Assembly (NCBI GenBank): GCA_963514005.1 | Contig: OY740796.1 | Location: 43,152,001 to 43,216,000, forward strand | Reading direction: 5' to 3' | Length of the DNA stretch: 64,000 nucleotides | From: Raja brachyura | Lineage: Eukaryota | Shown here: piece by piece, positions 36,627-51,182 of the stretch | How positions within the stretch are numbered: the stretch's first letter is position 1 | How the letters are laid out: every line of letters starts with the position of its first letter | Program-made: the position numbers and the translations under genes | The notes under the pieces: model-generated | Told to the model about the DNA's origin: nothing | What the model saw: the letters and a program-made list of their open reading frames with translations, nothing else | Databases searched by the model: none

Positions 36627-38394
36627 CTTAAAATGAACAAACTGTAGAGATTTTGTGTGCTGACCCCCTGTTAAATGGGCGCAGGTTAGTCACGTAATGT
36701 TTTAATTTAAGCTTTTTCCTCCTTTTGATAATAAACTAAACCAACTCCATCTGACCTATCAGCTATTGAACAATGAGCAAGAGAGCTCTCTGGATAGAGG
36801 TATCCCTCAACCTGTAACTTAATTCAATTGATCTTAGAAACGTCCAGCTGCCATAAAAATGGCAATATGAGCGGTGTATTTCTTTCAATTTATTTTTTCC
36901 CTACCACTGCTGAGGAACAATAGGTATTCCAAGAGAAAGATTCCAGTGGGCAGTTCCCCTTGGTGTTTCACTGGAGTTATGATGAAATAGAATCCCTGAG
37001 GAAATTAGGTGTCATAATTAATACTGGTTAGATGTTAAATTAAAATTATGACAGCAATTTTGAAATGTAAAATTGAATGAAAGTTGGATTGGCAATCGTT
37101 AGCAGTGGGACATGCCTCAAGTTATAATGCTGTCTTTGTTACTGTGGTGAATTCATTAAGAGCATTTAACATATGGTTTCATGCATGTCAGAAATACATG
37201 GATAAATGTATTTCTTGTTTGAATTGATGCGTGTTTGGATGAAACCTTTTGCCTGTGCGTGAACGACTAAATTATAAAAATACAGAACAAAATTGTATTT
37301 TGTTAGAGCTCATTCGTTGGGGAATTTTGGTGCTTGGCTTACATATTAGCAGCATCTGTATAGTTTCCTTAAAGTTAAGCTGTCCAGTCCCAAGCTGATG
37401 ACTGATAATGTTTAACATCTAACCTTGCATTGGACAAATGAACTTTAGTGGCTGCAAATCTAGGCACTCATAAATGATATATTTTGCAGTAGTTCAGCAC
37501 CAAACAAACTATATTTGTAAGCTGTTTATCAAAAGCCTTTTGCAGGTGAAACTCTTCCAACCTCAGATAAATGATTAAGTGTTCTTGGAAGAAAATAAAT
37601 AAACCCACAGACTACATGTTTCGGGTTTTGGAGAAGAGCCAAATAGTATGAAACTTCTAACTCTTCATTATGCTGTTAAATTCTCACCTCTGGAGCGGCT
37701 GTGATGTTGGTATTTATACCATGCCAGTTTGCAAAGGGTCCATTCTTCATCTTTGACCTATGATACATTTTCTATCATACAAATAATACATCATCTGTCT
37801 CGTACTACACCAGGGCCAGGTATCAGTATTGCAGTGCTGAGCTTATCACCAATTCTCCGCAGAGTAACTAGACGAATAAGTACTAATTTAAGTAAGCCCA
37901 ATGTTGCAATACTTTACGATAAAATGTACAGCACCGAATTGCAGTTTGAAGTAACAATCTCTGGCAAACATTTCTGTCATTCTCATTTTGTTTTTGAAGT
38001 TTGAGATGATACTCAAATCTATCTTGGCCACTTGAAAAATAAAATAACTTCACAAGAAGGATGTGCGTAAGTGAGCAAACTACGCGTTAAAGTAGAACAT
38101 GATCAGATTCTAGCCTAGGTGCCTTCCCAACCCCATCACTAACTGAGAGTCGAAGGGCAGTATTTTGATTGAACTGGCTGTAACACCATGTTAAGTTCAA
38201 ATGTTGCCCTTTAACACTTATATACTTAAACTGCAATCAGTTCAACATTTGTTTAACCATCGCACAGAAGTAAATCTTGACTAACCCTGCATTCTAAAGC
38301 TAATGTCGCCTAGAAATTAACCGGAGAGCTTGGATTTTTCCAATGCTATGCAATCTAATTTAGACTTTGCTACCTATCGATTTCTGGCTAAAAT

Positions 38395-38578
38395 TCAGCG
38401 AGGGTGGAGCCCATAATGGCCCATTGTTGGCTGGGGAAGGTATGATAACAAAGAGGGATCCAATAAAGTGGAACTGGCAGGGTGATTAGGGTGGGGAGGA
38501 GAGGAGGGAATGCTGGAGTTACTTCGAATTAGGGAAATCAACGTGAGTTGTAAGCTGCCCAAGCAAAATATGAGAGGC
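38395..38578 (-). mobile_element. Penelope-like element fragment: end of GIY-YIG ORF and 3' UTR
   Basis: Minus strand reads LIFCLGSLQ / VDFPNSK*, resembling the vertebrate PLE C-terminus LIFxLGxLxPxGxNxxF, followed by a pyrimidine-rich UTR like 7199-7330. Confidence 0.6.
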
Positions 38579-40440
38579 TTTCCTTTTTAAAATTTCTTCT
38601 AGCTTTTAAGTATGGCAGAAAGATTCCCTCTCTTACACATCCTATCATCCCCTCTTAACCGTTTAAAAGCTATGATCAGTTGTTTCCCTTCAAAATTCCA
38701 GCAATATAATCGTAGTTTGTGGAGGAATGTAATCCAGGGAATCTAGATATTGTTCTGGCAATTTTAAACTGCACACATGCCTGAGCTGTTGCATCCAGGA
38801 TTGCACCCCGTGTGTGGTCTAATTGGGACTATGTAAAGGTGTAGCACAATTTAAATTCCCTTTCATGTTGCCTTTCCTGGTTTTATTTATTTTTTGTTCT
38901 GCACCTCCTATTACATTTTCAATTGTGCAATGGTGCTTTATTGTCACACGTGCAAAACACAGTGAAATTATTTCTGAGCCGCCAGGTTTGGCACCTTTTC
39001 TAAAATCCGGTCCACGTGCTAGGTGTTATGGAGCGGCACCCAATCCAGGCAAGCCCCAGGCTGCAGCAGGGCCTCCAGCCATTGCCTTTGTCTGCATTGT
39101 TCCTCTCCTTGCCCAGACACCTAATAATCCATGATCTAATTAATAACCTAACTTCAAATAATCTATGAACTCTTATATCTTTTTGGCTCATTCAGTGTTT
39201 CTAACCTTTCTTTTAATACAAAATCCCATTTACTTTTAGATTTAAAACATCTTTGTTCCTTGGAAGTTTTAACACTTTAACATTTAAGCAACAGTTCAGA
39301 TTTAAACATTGCTAATTGAAGTGGTCAGATGCCTCTGTTCCTTAAACTTTCCTTTAATCATCGCACATAGAGTGCTGTTGGGTCAGTCCAGGAATACCAA
39401 CTTGTGTACGTCAATGTGAAATTCACAGCTGGTGAATTGCTACAAAGAGTGGATGTAATAGTATTGAAGCATGCTATTAAGCTAGCACTGAATTGAAACT
39501 GTGCTGTGCAGCATTGCAACAAATTGGTCATGGATTTTAAGAAATACCTTCAAATGCATTGAGTTCTCAATTTCAATCTTTCCTCTGCGAAAGAGTCAGG
39601 ATTGGCTAGGTTTATGTTCATAAAATAAATCAACAATCAGAGAGACAATTTTCATTGCCTCTGACAAAATTAACAGCAGATCATCAAGTGTCATTGGTTG
39701 GGGCTAGGGACAAATTCATGTACTTCACCAGAAGAAATACTCAGCATGTTGATACTCCATAAAAAGAAAGGCGAATAATAACCACTAAATTCTGCTATGA
39801 TTATCTGTGGACTGGAGTGATGTCGTTTCAGATGAAAGCTTGAATCTATCTTTGAAGGGGACCAGCTGAATGTAATGTTTGAATGTAAAAGTAACATTTT
39901 CGAGGACTTCTCTTTTTTCTTTAAGTTTTGCAGAATATGCTCTTTTAAACCAGAGCCTCTCTGCAAGGTGCTTCAAGTATAATTGTGAAGTATCTTAATA
40001 ATGAGAATCCTGATGACATTGTAATGCAGAACGGGGGACGCGGTTTATGACTCAGTTGTTCAGAGATAGCATCTGACTGTTCACCGCAGGACCTGGATCA
40101 ATTGTGCCTTGTGAAGTGCAGTCAAATCCTCCTTTCAGCCCAGTTATAACTAGAAGATGAGCAATATAGGTAAATGCACTTAATACTAAATCACAAACAG
40201 AAGTTTATTTTGGGAGTATTGCTAGCTTTTAGTTCCCACTGCTTTTCTCATGGTTTCACTTTGCTCCCCTCTGTCACGTTTCTTCGGCATGAAGACAAGA
40301 TGATAGATTTACGACTTCTTAATTGCTTTTCTTTAAGTTTACGTCCACTAAAAGATGTCTTAAGTTCTTCTGAACTTCCCCTCACATTTCCCATGTAGAG
40401 ATTAGGAGGCTAAGATCAGCCATGATTGAATGACGGAGTA

Positions 40441-41188
40441 GTAAATGGCGTCTAGTTGGGAGAAAGGGAAGTACAACGGGATCTGGGGGTCCTTGTTCAT
40501 CAGTCTATGAAAGTAAGCATGCAGGTACAGCAGGCAGTGAAGAAAGCGAATGCCACGTTGGCCTTTATAACAAGAGGAGTCGAATATAGGAGCAAAGAGA
40601 TCCTTCTGCAGTTGCACAGAGCCCTAGTGAGACCACACCTGGAGTATTGTGTGCACTTTGGGTCCCCTAATTTGAGGAAGGACATTCTTGCTATTGAGGG
40701 AGTGCAGCATAGGTTTACAAGGTTAATTCCTGGGATGGCGGGACTGTCATATGCTGAGAGAATGGAGCGGCTGGGCTGTACACTCTGGAGTTTAGAAGGA
40801 TGAGAGGATATCTCATTGAAACACATAAGATTGTTAAAGGTTTGGACACGCTAGAGGCAGGAAACATGTTCCTGATGTTGGGGGAGTCCAGAACCAGGGG
40901 CCACAGTTTAAGAATAAGGAGTAAGCCATTTAGAACGGAGACGAGGAAACACTTTTTCTCACAGAGAGTTGTGAGTCTGTGGAATTCTCTGCCTCAGAGG
41001 GCGGTGGAGGCAGGTTCTCCGGATGCTTTCAAGAGAGAGCTAGATAGGGCTCTTAAAAATAGCGGAGTCAGGGGATATGGGGAGAAGGCAGGACCGGGGT
41101 ACTGATTGGGGATGATCAGCCATGATCGCATTAAATGGCGGTGCTGGCTCGGAGGGCCGAATGGCCTACTCCTGCACCTATTGTCTAT
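40441..41188 (+). mobile_element. 5'-truncated CR1-clade (HER1-like) LINE: RT C-terminus and 3' UTR, frameshifted
   Basis: ORFs 40456-40803 (RDLGVLVH...LVRPHLEYC...QHRFTRLIPG) and 40800-41105 (SRTRGHSLRI...FFSQRVVSLWNSLP) are CR1 ORF2 C-terminal motifs; tail CCTATTGTCTAT; inserted into an older CR1 tail (40400-41240). Confidence 0.92.
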
Positions 41189-41361
41189 AGACTCGATGGG
41201 CCGAATGGCCTAATTCTACTCCTATAACTTGTGACCATTTCGCATGTAGGAATAGTTCAACCAGTGACCATTAAAGATGGACAACATTTCCCCAAATTGT
41301 AGTAGATTAGTAGGGTTGCTAATGTTTAGTAACATCTGAACAAGCAAAGACATGCTATCAG

Positions 41362-41656
41362 ATTTAAACTTTAGAGAAACAGGCCCCTCGGCTCACCAGG
41401 TCCACACCAACCAATGATTAGCCCATACACTCACACTATCTTACACACTGGAGACAATTTACAATTTTACTGAAGCCAATTACCCTACAAACCTGCACGC
41501 CTTTGGAGTGTGGGAGCAAACCGGAGCACCCGGAGAATCTCACGCAGTCACAGGGAGAACGTGTAAACTCCGTACAGATGGCATCTGTGGTCAGGATGGA
41601 ACCTGGGTCTCTGGTGCTGTAAGGCAGCAACTCCACCACTGCGCCACCGTGCCACC
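41362..41656 (-). mobile_element. HE1-like V-SINE
   Basis: Full reverse-complement consensus. Confidence 0.87.
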
Positions 41657-42187
41657 CGAGATCATAATTTATTCAGAACACATTGTCATTTGTTGTTGGA
41701 AAAAACAACAAACGTAAACGTTTAAGATATGGTAGCCATTCCCCAGGAACGCTAATTTGGCAATTAGTGTCCAGTTCTGTGTACTCTCAAATTAATTCTG
41801 TTGATGTCAGTGGAATGATCCTTGGAAGCAGAGCGCACTCATTTGCCACCATTGACCAGGGATGGATTTCTTGGCAATTGCATTTTTATTCCTTTCTGAA
41901 TTCAGAGTAATCCTAAATAGTGTGCAATCTTAGCTGTGTGTACGGTTAATTTTTAACAGTGAATATTTGTTTCCTGGTTTTATTGCCTTTACAGTAAATA
42001 TTACCACATACTAAAGAAATGACTGGTTTAACATTAACAATGAGCAAAAGGCTGCAGTGAAGCTTGATGGTTAACGATATGGATGTGTTTGCTTCATTAA
42101 GTACTTACCAACATTCAAAGTTTGTTTCTTCTAGACCATATCTATGTGAGGATTGTAATGTAATAACGATATTTTCTCCCTTTGCAA

Positions 42188-42285
42188 GTCGGATGAAGGG
42201 TTTCGGCCCGAAACGTTGCCTATTTCCTTCGCTCCATAGATGCTGCCACACCAGCTGAGTTTCCCCAGCACTTTTGTCTACCTCC
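42188..42285 (+). mobile_element. Penelope-derived single arm with hammerhead-like core
   Basis: CGGATGA-A-GGGT(TTCG)GCCC-GAAACGTT; the first core box carries a U-to-G change. Confidence 0.75.
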
Positions 42286-42679
42286 CTTTGCACTATTTGT
42301 AAATGTCAATGTTTTACATTTCTGATCTTATTGTACTGATTTAATAAGCATAATTTAAATTGCTGAGACTTGTCCACTTACTACTATTTTGTCTCTGAAA
42401 AACACTGCCACTGCACGTTGAACTATGCAATTGTTGTGATGCATGAACCCTTTTATAATGCTTTTCATTGTAAATATAACTGATCTGTGGGAATCTGTAT
42501 AAACATTTACCACACAGCTGCAGCAGGACCTTGGGTAGAACAAATGTTAACATCGTCTACTTTTTTTAATGCTCCTTTCCTACAATATTTATGGCTCACA
42601 TGTTATAGCCTTCCTTGGAGCCTTTATTTTTTATTGTATGCACTATTGTTGGTTATATATGTATATGTTTTATTTGCAG

Positions 42680-42784
42680 CCCATCCCATGAAGACCAAGG
42701 GTGCAACCATCCATTATTTGGCCACGGTGTGTGTAAATGGCCAGGGTGCGAGACAGTCTGTGATGAGTTTGGACAGTTTTTAAA
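42680..42784 (+). CDS. FOXP1: FOXP1-like exon, N-terminal half of C2H2 zinc finger ([36 protein letters not shown])
   Basis: TTTGCAG acceptor, AA|GTAAGT donor, 105 nt, phase 2-2; [11 protein letters not shown] is the FOXP zinc finger signature. Confidence 0.95.
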
Positions 42785-43169
42785 GTAAGTTTCTAAAGTT
42801 TTTTTTAATTCACATTAAACTGACTCTGGAATCAAGCGGATTCATACTTTTCTCAAGTCATCTATAATGTTTAAAATTGTTGTACACTGGCTTGTTAAAT
42901 GGCAAAATGGCTGTGTGGGATTTGTGATTAGACTTAGGCTAGTAACGGTAGTTTGGCAGCGTTGAGGCTAAGTTGGGGTGTGAGGTGTGAGAGAAACTAA
43001 ACTGATGTAAAGCTATGCTGTGCAGTTACTTTATGCATCTGAACTGATGTGCACCTACCTCAGTTACCAATCTGAACATGTCTACAATTGCATAATTGTT
43101 GGTAATGCTATCATAAGAGGAGAATGAAAAAAATCTCTCTGAACAGTGTGCATTTTTAAGGATGCCATA

Positions 43170-43455
43170 AGGGTGGCACAGTGGTAGAGTTGCTGCCTTA
43201 CAGCGCCAGAGACCCTGGTTCGATTCTGATTACCGGTGCTGTCTGTACGGAAATTGTACATGACCACGTGGGTTTTCTCCGGGTGCTCTGGTTTCCTCCC
43301 ACACCCCAAAGACATGCAGGTTTGCAGGTTCATTGGCTTCGGTAGAAAAATTGTAAATTGTCCCTACTGTGTAGGTTAGTGCTAGTGCATGGGGTGATAG
43401 CTGGTTGGCAGTGGACTCGGTGGGCCGAAGGGCCTGTTTCTGCGCTGCATCTCAG
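43170..43455 (+). mobile_element. HE1-like V-SINE
   Basis: GGTGGCACAGTGGTAGAG, GGTTCGATTC, V-domain, tail. Confidence 0.88.
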
Positions 43456-45474
43456 AAGATTGAGAGATTTTTAAAGTTAGCTGCAATACTAGTTCATAAA
43501 CCTCTGGTTATTAATTAACTGTCAAGCATAATTGGCCAACTGTTGTTCCAGTTAGTGTTAATCAATATAGTGGCAGTAGGTACTCGTATCCTGTGTGATA
43601 ATCAGCATTGTTTGCAAACCACTTCTTCATAGGAATTCAACTACGAACAGCAACAGATCAATTCGGAAGAAAAGCTTAATAGCGGTTCACATGTTAAATC
43701 AGTTTTTTAACGACATCACTGCGAGAGCATGTCATATAACCTAACTATTGAATGAGCACAACATTGCTGCTGTTTAAGCACTTTATATAATGGGCTTTGT
43801 CAGTGACAAAAAATGTTCAATGCAGTTAAATAATAAGGCTGCCTTGAGTTTAGTAATCGTGAGCCTGATTTAATAATTGTCACGTTATTGCACAAAAGAA
43901 AATCTACTAAAGTAATCAGACCACTGTCACATTTTGGAACTGAAAGTTTCAGTACTCGAATGGCTAAGAGATTAGGTAATTTTTTCAGACAGTGATACAA
44001 TCCCATCTGTTTTTAATACTGTAGTATACAAACAGCTTTAGAGAATGGAATGTAGCACTTAAAAACAAATTACTAACACTTGACTGTTGTATTTTAATAT
44101 CAGCTTCCTTTCATAAAATTTCACATAAAATAGCCCAAGCTATGATTAAACTTGTGTGGAAAATGAAAGAAAGACATATTATGAGTGCATTTTTTAAAAC
44201 TTGTTTTTATTAGCTCACCGTGGTGTCGTTCAGTTGTTTGTCTAGACTATTCAAATTTAGCAAAGCATTTAAGTAAACCTTGAATCACAAAGAAACTTTT
44301 ATTTAAAGTGGTCCATGGGTTTTGAGAATTCGCTGCATGTGCATGCAAAACATTTCCATGTAGATTTGCAATGTTGGTGCTTTGTAATTTTAAGAAGCAT
44401 GTATTAAACAACAGTGCACATGGCGAGACAAATCTGCAACAACTTAAGAACTTATTCATTGTGATTTCACATTCTTCAAAAAGTTTTGAAGGGACAGTTA
44501 TACAAATCTTATCTGCATTGAACCTTTTGATTTCTCCCGAAAGTTTGATCTTTGTGCATTAGCTGTCTGGTTGCTGCACGTCCATTGATATTAGTTGATA
44601 GTTTTATGTCGAGAACCAATTTTAGCATTTATTATTTTTGGTGATCCAGCTGGTTGTATTTAACACCTTGTTGTTCCTATTAAAACCTTTGATCAGGTGG
44701 TCTAAGAGGGTCAACGTGACCTCAATGCCACAGTGCCCTCTAGTGATACTAGATCTGGAACAATCATTAACTTACTTTTCCAATTGAGGAGCAACAATTC
44801 TTATTAATATTTTGATCATTCCCTTTGTTAAAAATAAATATGAATCTTAAAAGTTAAAAGAGGAAAAGGTTGATGTTGCATCTCTTTGGGGAAAATGGAA
44901 AATATTGATGGAAAATTAGCAAAATGGGCCCACAGTCTCCTCGTTGTCTATATTGGCATCCATGGTATTTTAAATGTTTTTACTTTTAATAAAAATAAAC
45001 TACCTGTAAACTATGCATTAATTTCAGATAATTAAATCATTTTAAAATTTTATTTCTTTAAATCCTATATTAAAAGTCTAATATTCAAAAGATCAGATAG
45101 GTACTTTCAACTGAAATTTTAAGAAATCAGTGAAACACAAGAATATGAAAGACAGAAGGAAGATATGTTCTCTTCTGAAGCAGACCCAGATTAAAAGATA
45201 AGATGAATTTGTTCTCATATTCCTTTCACTATATCCCAAAGTGCTTTATTGGATAAAAGTATTTCTGAAGTATAGTCATGTTGTATACTGTTGCATAGCA
45301 AGTCCCTACAAATGCAATGCAATGCAATAATGACCAGTAATGTTTATTGAAGAATAAATACTAGGCAGAAGACCAAGGAAAACGATCCTGCTCTTTCATT
45401 TAAGGCCATTAGATCTTTTACACTCAGCCAAGTGGGCAGACAAGCCTTTATTTTGACACCTGTCCAAATGAAAT

Positions 45475-45735
45475 TAAAACATACAGAATAGTGAAAGGCT
45501 TGGATAGAGTGGCATTCTTTGGCATTCTTTGCCACAGAAGGCTGTGGAGGCCGTCAGTGGATATTTTAAAAGCAGAGATAGATTTTTTGATTAGTTCAGG
45601 TGTCAGAGGTTATGGGGAGATGGCAGGAGAATGGGGTGAGGAGGGAGAGATAGATCAACCATGATTGAATGGTGGAATAGACTTGATGGGCCGAATGGCC
45701 TAATTCTACTCCTATCACTTATGACCTTATGACAT
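45475..45735 (+). mobile_element. CR1 3' fragment, internally deleted
   Basis: AAACATACAGAATAGTGAAAGGCTTGGATAGAG...GGGCCGAATGGCCTAATTC. Confidence 0.8.
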
Positions 45736-47917
45736 TCTTCACAGTGTTGCAGTCCCTCTGTATTGCCCCCTGGGATGGCAGTGTGGATTCTTGGACTTTG
45801 GTCTTTCCAACTTACAAACCTGTGTCTCAGAGGCAGGAGAGCTTACAAATCAAGTTAATACTAATATTGTAAACTCAACAGGTAACTTTTCATGCAGTCA
45901 TTTTGCCGTTAGCAGTATGGGATGTAGGTAAAAGTATTTTCATTTGAGGGTGTGTCACTTTTGTGGTCAGACGAGGGAATTAGAAAAATGTTGACAAATC
46001 GTTCCAGGGTAATGAGTCCACAAACTCAAACGAGCCAGGTTTCTTCAGGTTCACAGAAGTCTAAAGACATTTGGAAATTGCAACAAGTTGAAATCTCTGG
46101 TGGACATAGTCAGAAAATGATTTGAGTTGCAACCCGAATGTATATGGACTAAATTTGATTTTCAATACTAATTTTTGGTGTTCGTACCTGTAAGGAAAAT
46201 ATGTAGGTGAATTATTACACTTGTTATTTTACCAATAATTGATTCCTTTTTTATTTCTCTTTTCTTTATATTTTTTAGTATTTAATACCATTTAATGCAC
46301 TACAGTGCCTTTTCGGGTGCCTTTTTTTTAATCAGTACAATATTTTCAAAAGATGATTTTGTGGTAGATTTATTTAATATCAACATTATTAATCCGTTTA
46401 TAAGCATTTTACAAAGAACAAAGATTACAAAGCATCATAATTCCCTTGGTAATGGGTCTAGCATAGGGCAATTTCAGTCAAAGAAACATTTTCTTAAGGA
46501 AGGAGATCATAACTGCGGTAGACATAAGATTCTGCTGGGATTTTATCAACATAGTGTGTTTCATACTGAAATTGCAAAATGTGCCAATAATGTATATTTT
46601 GCATTTTCGGTACGAAACAAGTTAATGGTGAGTTATTGGTTTTGTTGTGTAGATTCTGAAATTTAACAGTCAAACCGACTGTATGTAAAAACTGGTCAGA
46701 AGCCTTCCCTCTTTACCACATTTGAGTCATATATAAAGTGCTTTAAATTACACAATGAACCTGCCACCTAGTTCTTCACAGCTACAATTTTGCATATCTA
46801 TCAGATGCATAGCTGGAATTTTTAAACTGGTTTTCTGAAGAACAGCAGATTTTAAAGTATCTAAAATTACCTGTCCAGTTAAAATGGAAGGTGGAATGTG
46901 AACAGAAGGGGTATAAAGGAACATACACAGTCAGTAGTTTAAAATTGGTAACATCGGAAAAATGCTTTCTGGCTTTTAATATCAACAATAAACATTATTT
47001 TACTGTGAATATTGATGTGGATAATCAACACTCTACGCCCAAATCTAATACATAGTCATTGAACCTGCATCTTATACATTTCACCCTCCATAAAATCACT
47101 TTTTACCCCGAAACACCTGCCTCAGTTTATATCAGTTTCCTTCCAAATTTTAATTGCAAATAGTCATGGACTACCTCTTACTTTGATACCAACAATGCCA
47201 TAAATGTTATTACTTATTTACAGATATTAGCTGATTAGGAAATATACGCTAACTGATGTGACTTCTAACGTGCTCCTTCTAGTCACTGGCCATGGAAAGA
47301 GAAAGCATTTTTCAATATTTGTTTGCATTTAACTCTGTTTTTGGTTGAAATGTGAGGAAATACTTGGAAGATAATGAAAAACTGGCTGTGTGTGTGTAAA
47401 ATAAAAAAAGTCCCTCTTTGTCCCAAAAAGGGGTCTTTATTTTTTTTTTGTGCAGCAATTTGCATTAACAACTGACATTTCACGAGAAAGCCTTTGCATA
47501 CACTTCATCCAAGGTCTAAAAAGTGACACATGCCAACATTCATAGTCTCTCTTTATGTCAATTCCACACTTTTATAGCCTTTTTATTTAAACCACATTTC
47601 ACTGAGTTGCATTAGAGCATATTTGAATATTTCATTTCCTATTAATTATGCACTGTGACCCACGCTGTCATTATGCGCTGAGAGTGACCCATCTATCGTA
47701 ACGTAGTCCACAAAAGGATTATTGAGCATTCTCGGTTATGGGAGTAAAACCCTGAACGGAACTGAACGATACTAAAACTGTGGCCAGGTGTGGTCTATCT
47801 ACTGCTGTGACGTGTTGTAAATGACAGAAATGAATTTCAGAAAACAAGCACGATCGACATTTTGCTAAACTGCCGAGCTGAGCATGAAGGCATGCTTAGT
47901 GATAGTGACCTACATGG

Positions 47918-48144
47918 NNNNNNNNNNNNNNNNNNNNNNNNNNNNNNNNNNNNNNNNNNNNNNNNNNNNNNNNNNNNNNNNNNNNNNNNNNNNNNNNNNN
48001 NNNNNNNNNNNNNNNNNNNNNNNNNNNNNNNNNNNNNNNNNNNNNNNNNNNNNNNNNNNNNNNNNNNNNNNNNNNNNNNNNNNNNNNNNNNNNNNNNNNN
48101 NNNNNNNNNNNNNNNNNNNNNNNNNNNNNNNNNNNNNNNNNNNN
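47918..48144. other. Assembly gap (227 N)
   Basis: Run of n. Confidence 1.
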
Positions 48145-48771
48145 CTAGACCATTTTATATAAATCATGAAATATGCTGTCTGCTGGCAAGGTACTTATTT
48201 AGATTAGTTATAAACGTGCAGAAAAAGGGAACATCTTTGCAGTATAAAATAATCATGCATAATTATATTCATAATTCAAGCTTGTGACAGATTCCATCTT
48301 TCTTATTCTTGTTGTCCCTTGCCTTCATTCTGGCTTCATTTGATTTTCTGTTATCTTGATGACATAATTAACTGTTAAAGCTCAGAAAATAAGGAGACCT
48401 TCGTGAAGAAAAAGGTTGGTTGCTTTTTAATGGCACCAAAAGCTTTATGTGCTATGCATATTCAGTCATACATTTCTGAAAGTAAAATCATTTCTTGTCA
48501 TTCTGGTGAATTACAAAAACAGTACTTTCACAGGAAGATGCGATTTTACCGTTTCACTTTAAAACGTTGATTTCATCTCATTTTTGTGTCAGGATTGAGG
48601 GGTTTTTTTTTGGAAACTGTAATGGACATTGTCACTACTTTTGAAATTTTGAATGTCATTTGAAATCTAAGTGTTAAATCTATGCATCTAGGTGTTGGTT
48701 TTAGAGGGGGGGGCCCAAACAATAATTGTTTTTTTTCAAAGAAATACATAATCTAAAGAATTCAGTTTTAA

Positions 48772-48984
<213 letters not shown>

Positions 48985-49519
48985 TAGATATTATTATTCT
49001 CTTCTTAATAATGTTTCTATAATCCTTCCATATTATAGAATTGCAAGACTTTAGTAATAATTACAAAGCCGAAGGGTTCCAACCTGAAACATCACCTGTC
49101 TATTCTCTCCCCAGATGTTGCTCTACCCGCTGAGTTCCTTCAGCACTTTGTGTTTAGCTAATGTGTTTGTTATTCCTTCTGTGTTTTTTCTGCACTTCTA
49201 TTATCTTCAATTTGTATGCTGCTTCCAAAATGTAGTTCCATTGGGACAGAATTTCAGAAGCAAGCTACAGCAAATAGACATGATCTATTGTGCATTTAGC
49301 AGGACTGGCCAGTATGTTTTGCTGCATTTTCTAAGGCATTACCCTTCCCAATGGACTTTTTAAGAGGAAGAAGAGGCTATATTTACACAGTCTTTATATT
49401 AGCACCATGTAGATTGAAGTGGTACTCCTTCATATTTGTGCTTCACCAGATGTTTGAAGCCAGACTAGGAATGTGCCACCACAGAGGGCAGAATGAAATA
49501 AATGAAATAAATTCCTTGC

Positions 49520-49755
49520 GAAAGGAGAGGAGGAGTTTCTTTAGTCAGAGGGTGGTGAATCTGTGGAGTTCATTGCCAAGTCATTGAGTATTTTTAAAGC
49601 AGAGATTGACAGGTTCTTGATTAGTAAGGGTATCAAAGGTTATGGGGAGAAGGCAGGACAATGGGGTTGAGAGGGAAAGATAGATCAGCCACGATTGAAT
49701 GGCGGATTAGACTCGATAGGTCGATTGGCCTAATTCTGCTTCTGTGACTTATGAA
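49520..49755 (+). mobile_element. CR1 3' fragment
   Basis: TTTAGTCAGAGGGTGGTGAATCTGTGG...GATCAGCCACGATTGAATGG. Confidence 0.8.
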
Positions 49756-50794
49756 GTTAAGAGAGATTTGGGTTGCAGAGATTTGGTTGTGCAAGTCTTG
49801 GGGATTTCTGAATTTAAATCCCATCACATCAGGCAAGAACATCATATAATGCCCTGCTGACTTTGAGAGGTGCATATGAACTTCTTGGGAACATGGAAAG
49901 TATAGACTGTTTATTCTCTTAACATTGATTAATCCATAGTTAGAAAGGTCATGACTGTTTGGTTACCTCACTCCAGCACCTGCTTTGCTCCATATCCCTT
50001 GACAACTTTTGTTATCGAAAGTCCAAGAATCTCAGATTAAAATTTGACGACTGACCTAATGTTAATTGCCATTCATGAAGAAAGTTCCTGATTTCTGCTG
50101 CTCTGTTCTCAGCTTCATACCCAACACAAATACTTCTGTGTTACTTCTTTTTAATACCGTAAAAAGTTAATTCAAATCAGCCCTTAACCTAAATACGCAT
50201 TATTATGCCTTTCTTAACTATATTACTAGAATGTAATTTGATGCTTGTGGTCAATCATTAGAAATAAATGATTCTGAAAGGCAAATGATCTCGAAATGTC
50301 AGAGCAGAATGTCAAAACCTGTCATTCCATTTCATCCCATCCCACAGCATGCTGTCAGATTCATTAGGAATTTGTTTTGTAAGATTAGCTTGTAAAATCA
50401 GATTTTTAAAAATAGATTTTAAAGTCGAAGAATCGTGAGCCTTTCCCTTACTGATAAATAAATGGATATCTTGCATCCATATCGTCATAGGGAAGATGTT
50501 ACAGAACTATGTTCCTCTTGGTCGTGATTCATGAGCATGTAATTTTATCTGTGGTATTAATAATAATTTAGAACCAACTTGGAATAATCAATTAATTTTT
50601 ACCGACTGGAACTATGGGTGACTATTTTCACATTCGATGCAATGTGTACAAAATTGTGTACAAAAGTACATTTACTTTCACTATGTGTTTCATCTCCAAG
50701 GTTCCAGTTAAACTCATTTGCCTAACAATAAAACAATGTGCTGACCTCTACAGCTCCAACATTTGTGGACACAATTGTACAGCATATTGCAAAG

Positions 50795-51182
50795 AGGGGA
50801 AACCTCATTGAAACATACAGAATAGTGAAAGGCTTGGATAGAGTGGATGTGGAGAGGATGTTTCCACTAGTGGGAGAGTCTAGGACTAGAGGTCATAGCC
50901 TCAGAATTAAAGGACGTTCTTTTAGAAAGGAGACAAGGAGGAATTTCTTTAATCAGAGGATCGTGAATCTGTGGAATTCTTTGCCACAGAAGGCTGCGGA
51001 GGCAAAGTCATTGGATGTATATAAAGCAGAGACAGATAGATTCTTGAATAGTATGGGTATCGGAGGATATGGGGAAAAGGCAGGAGAATGGAGTTGGGAG
51101 GGCAAGATCGACCAACATTGATTGTTGGCGGAGTAGGCATGACGGGCTGAATGGCCTAATTCTACTCCTATCACTTATGATA
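50795..51182 (+). mobile_element. CR1 3' fragment
   Basis: RGNLIETYRIVKGLDRVD...SRTRGHSLRI...VNLWNSLP. Confidence 0.88.

Noticed and set aside
43170-43240. tRNA genes at SINE heads
   Set aside because: The A/B-box heads run directly into the V-domain and LINE-like tail, so they are SINE parts.
47862-48287. ORFs spanning the N run
   Set aside because: Artefacts of the assembly gap.
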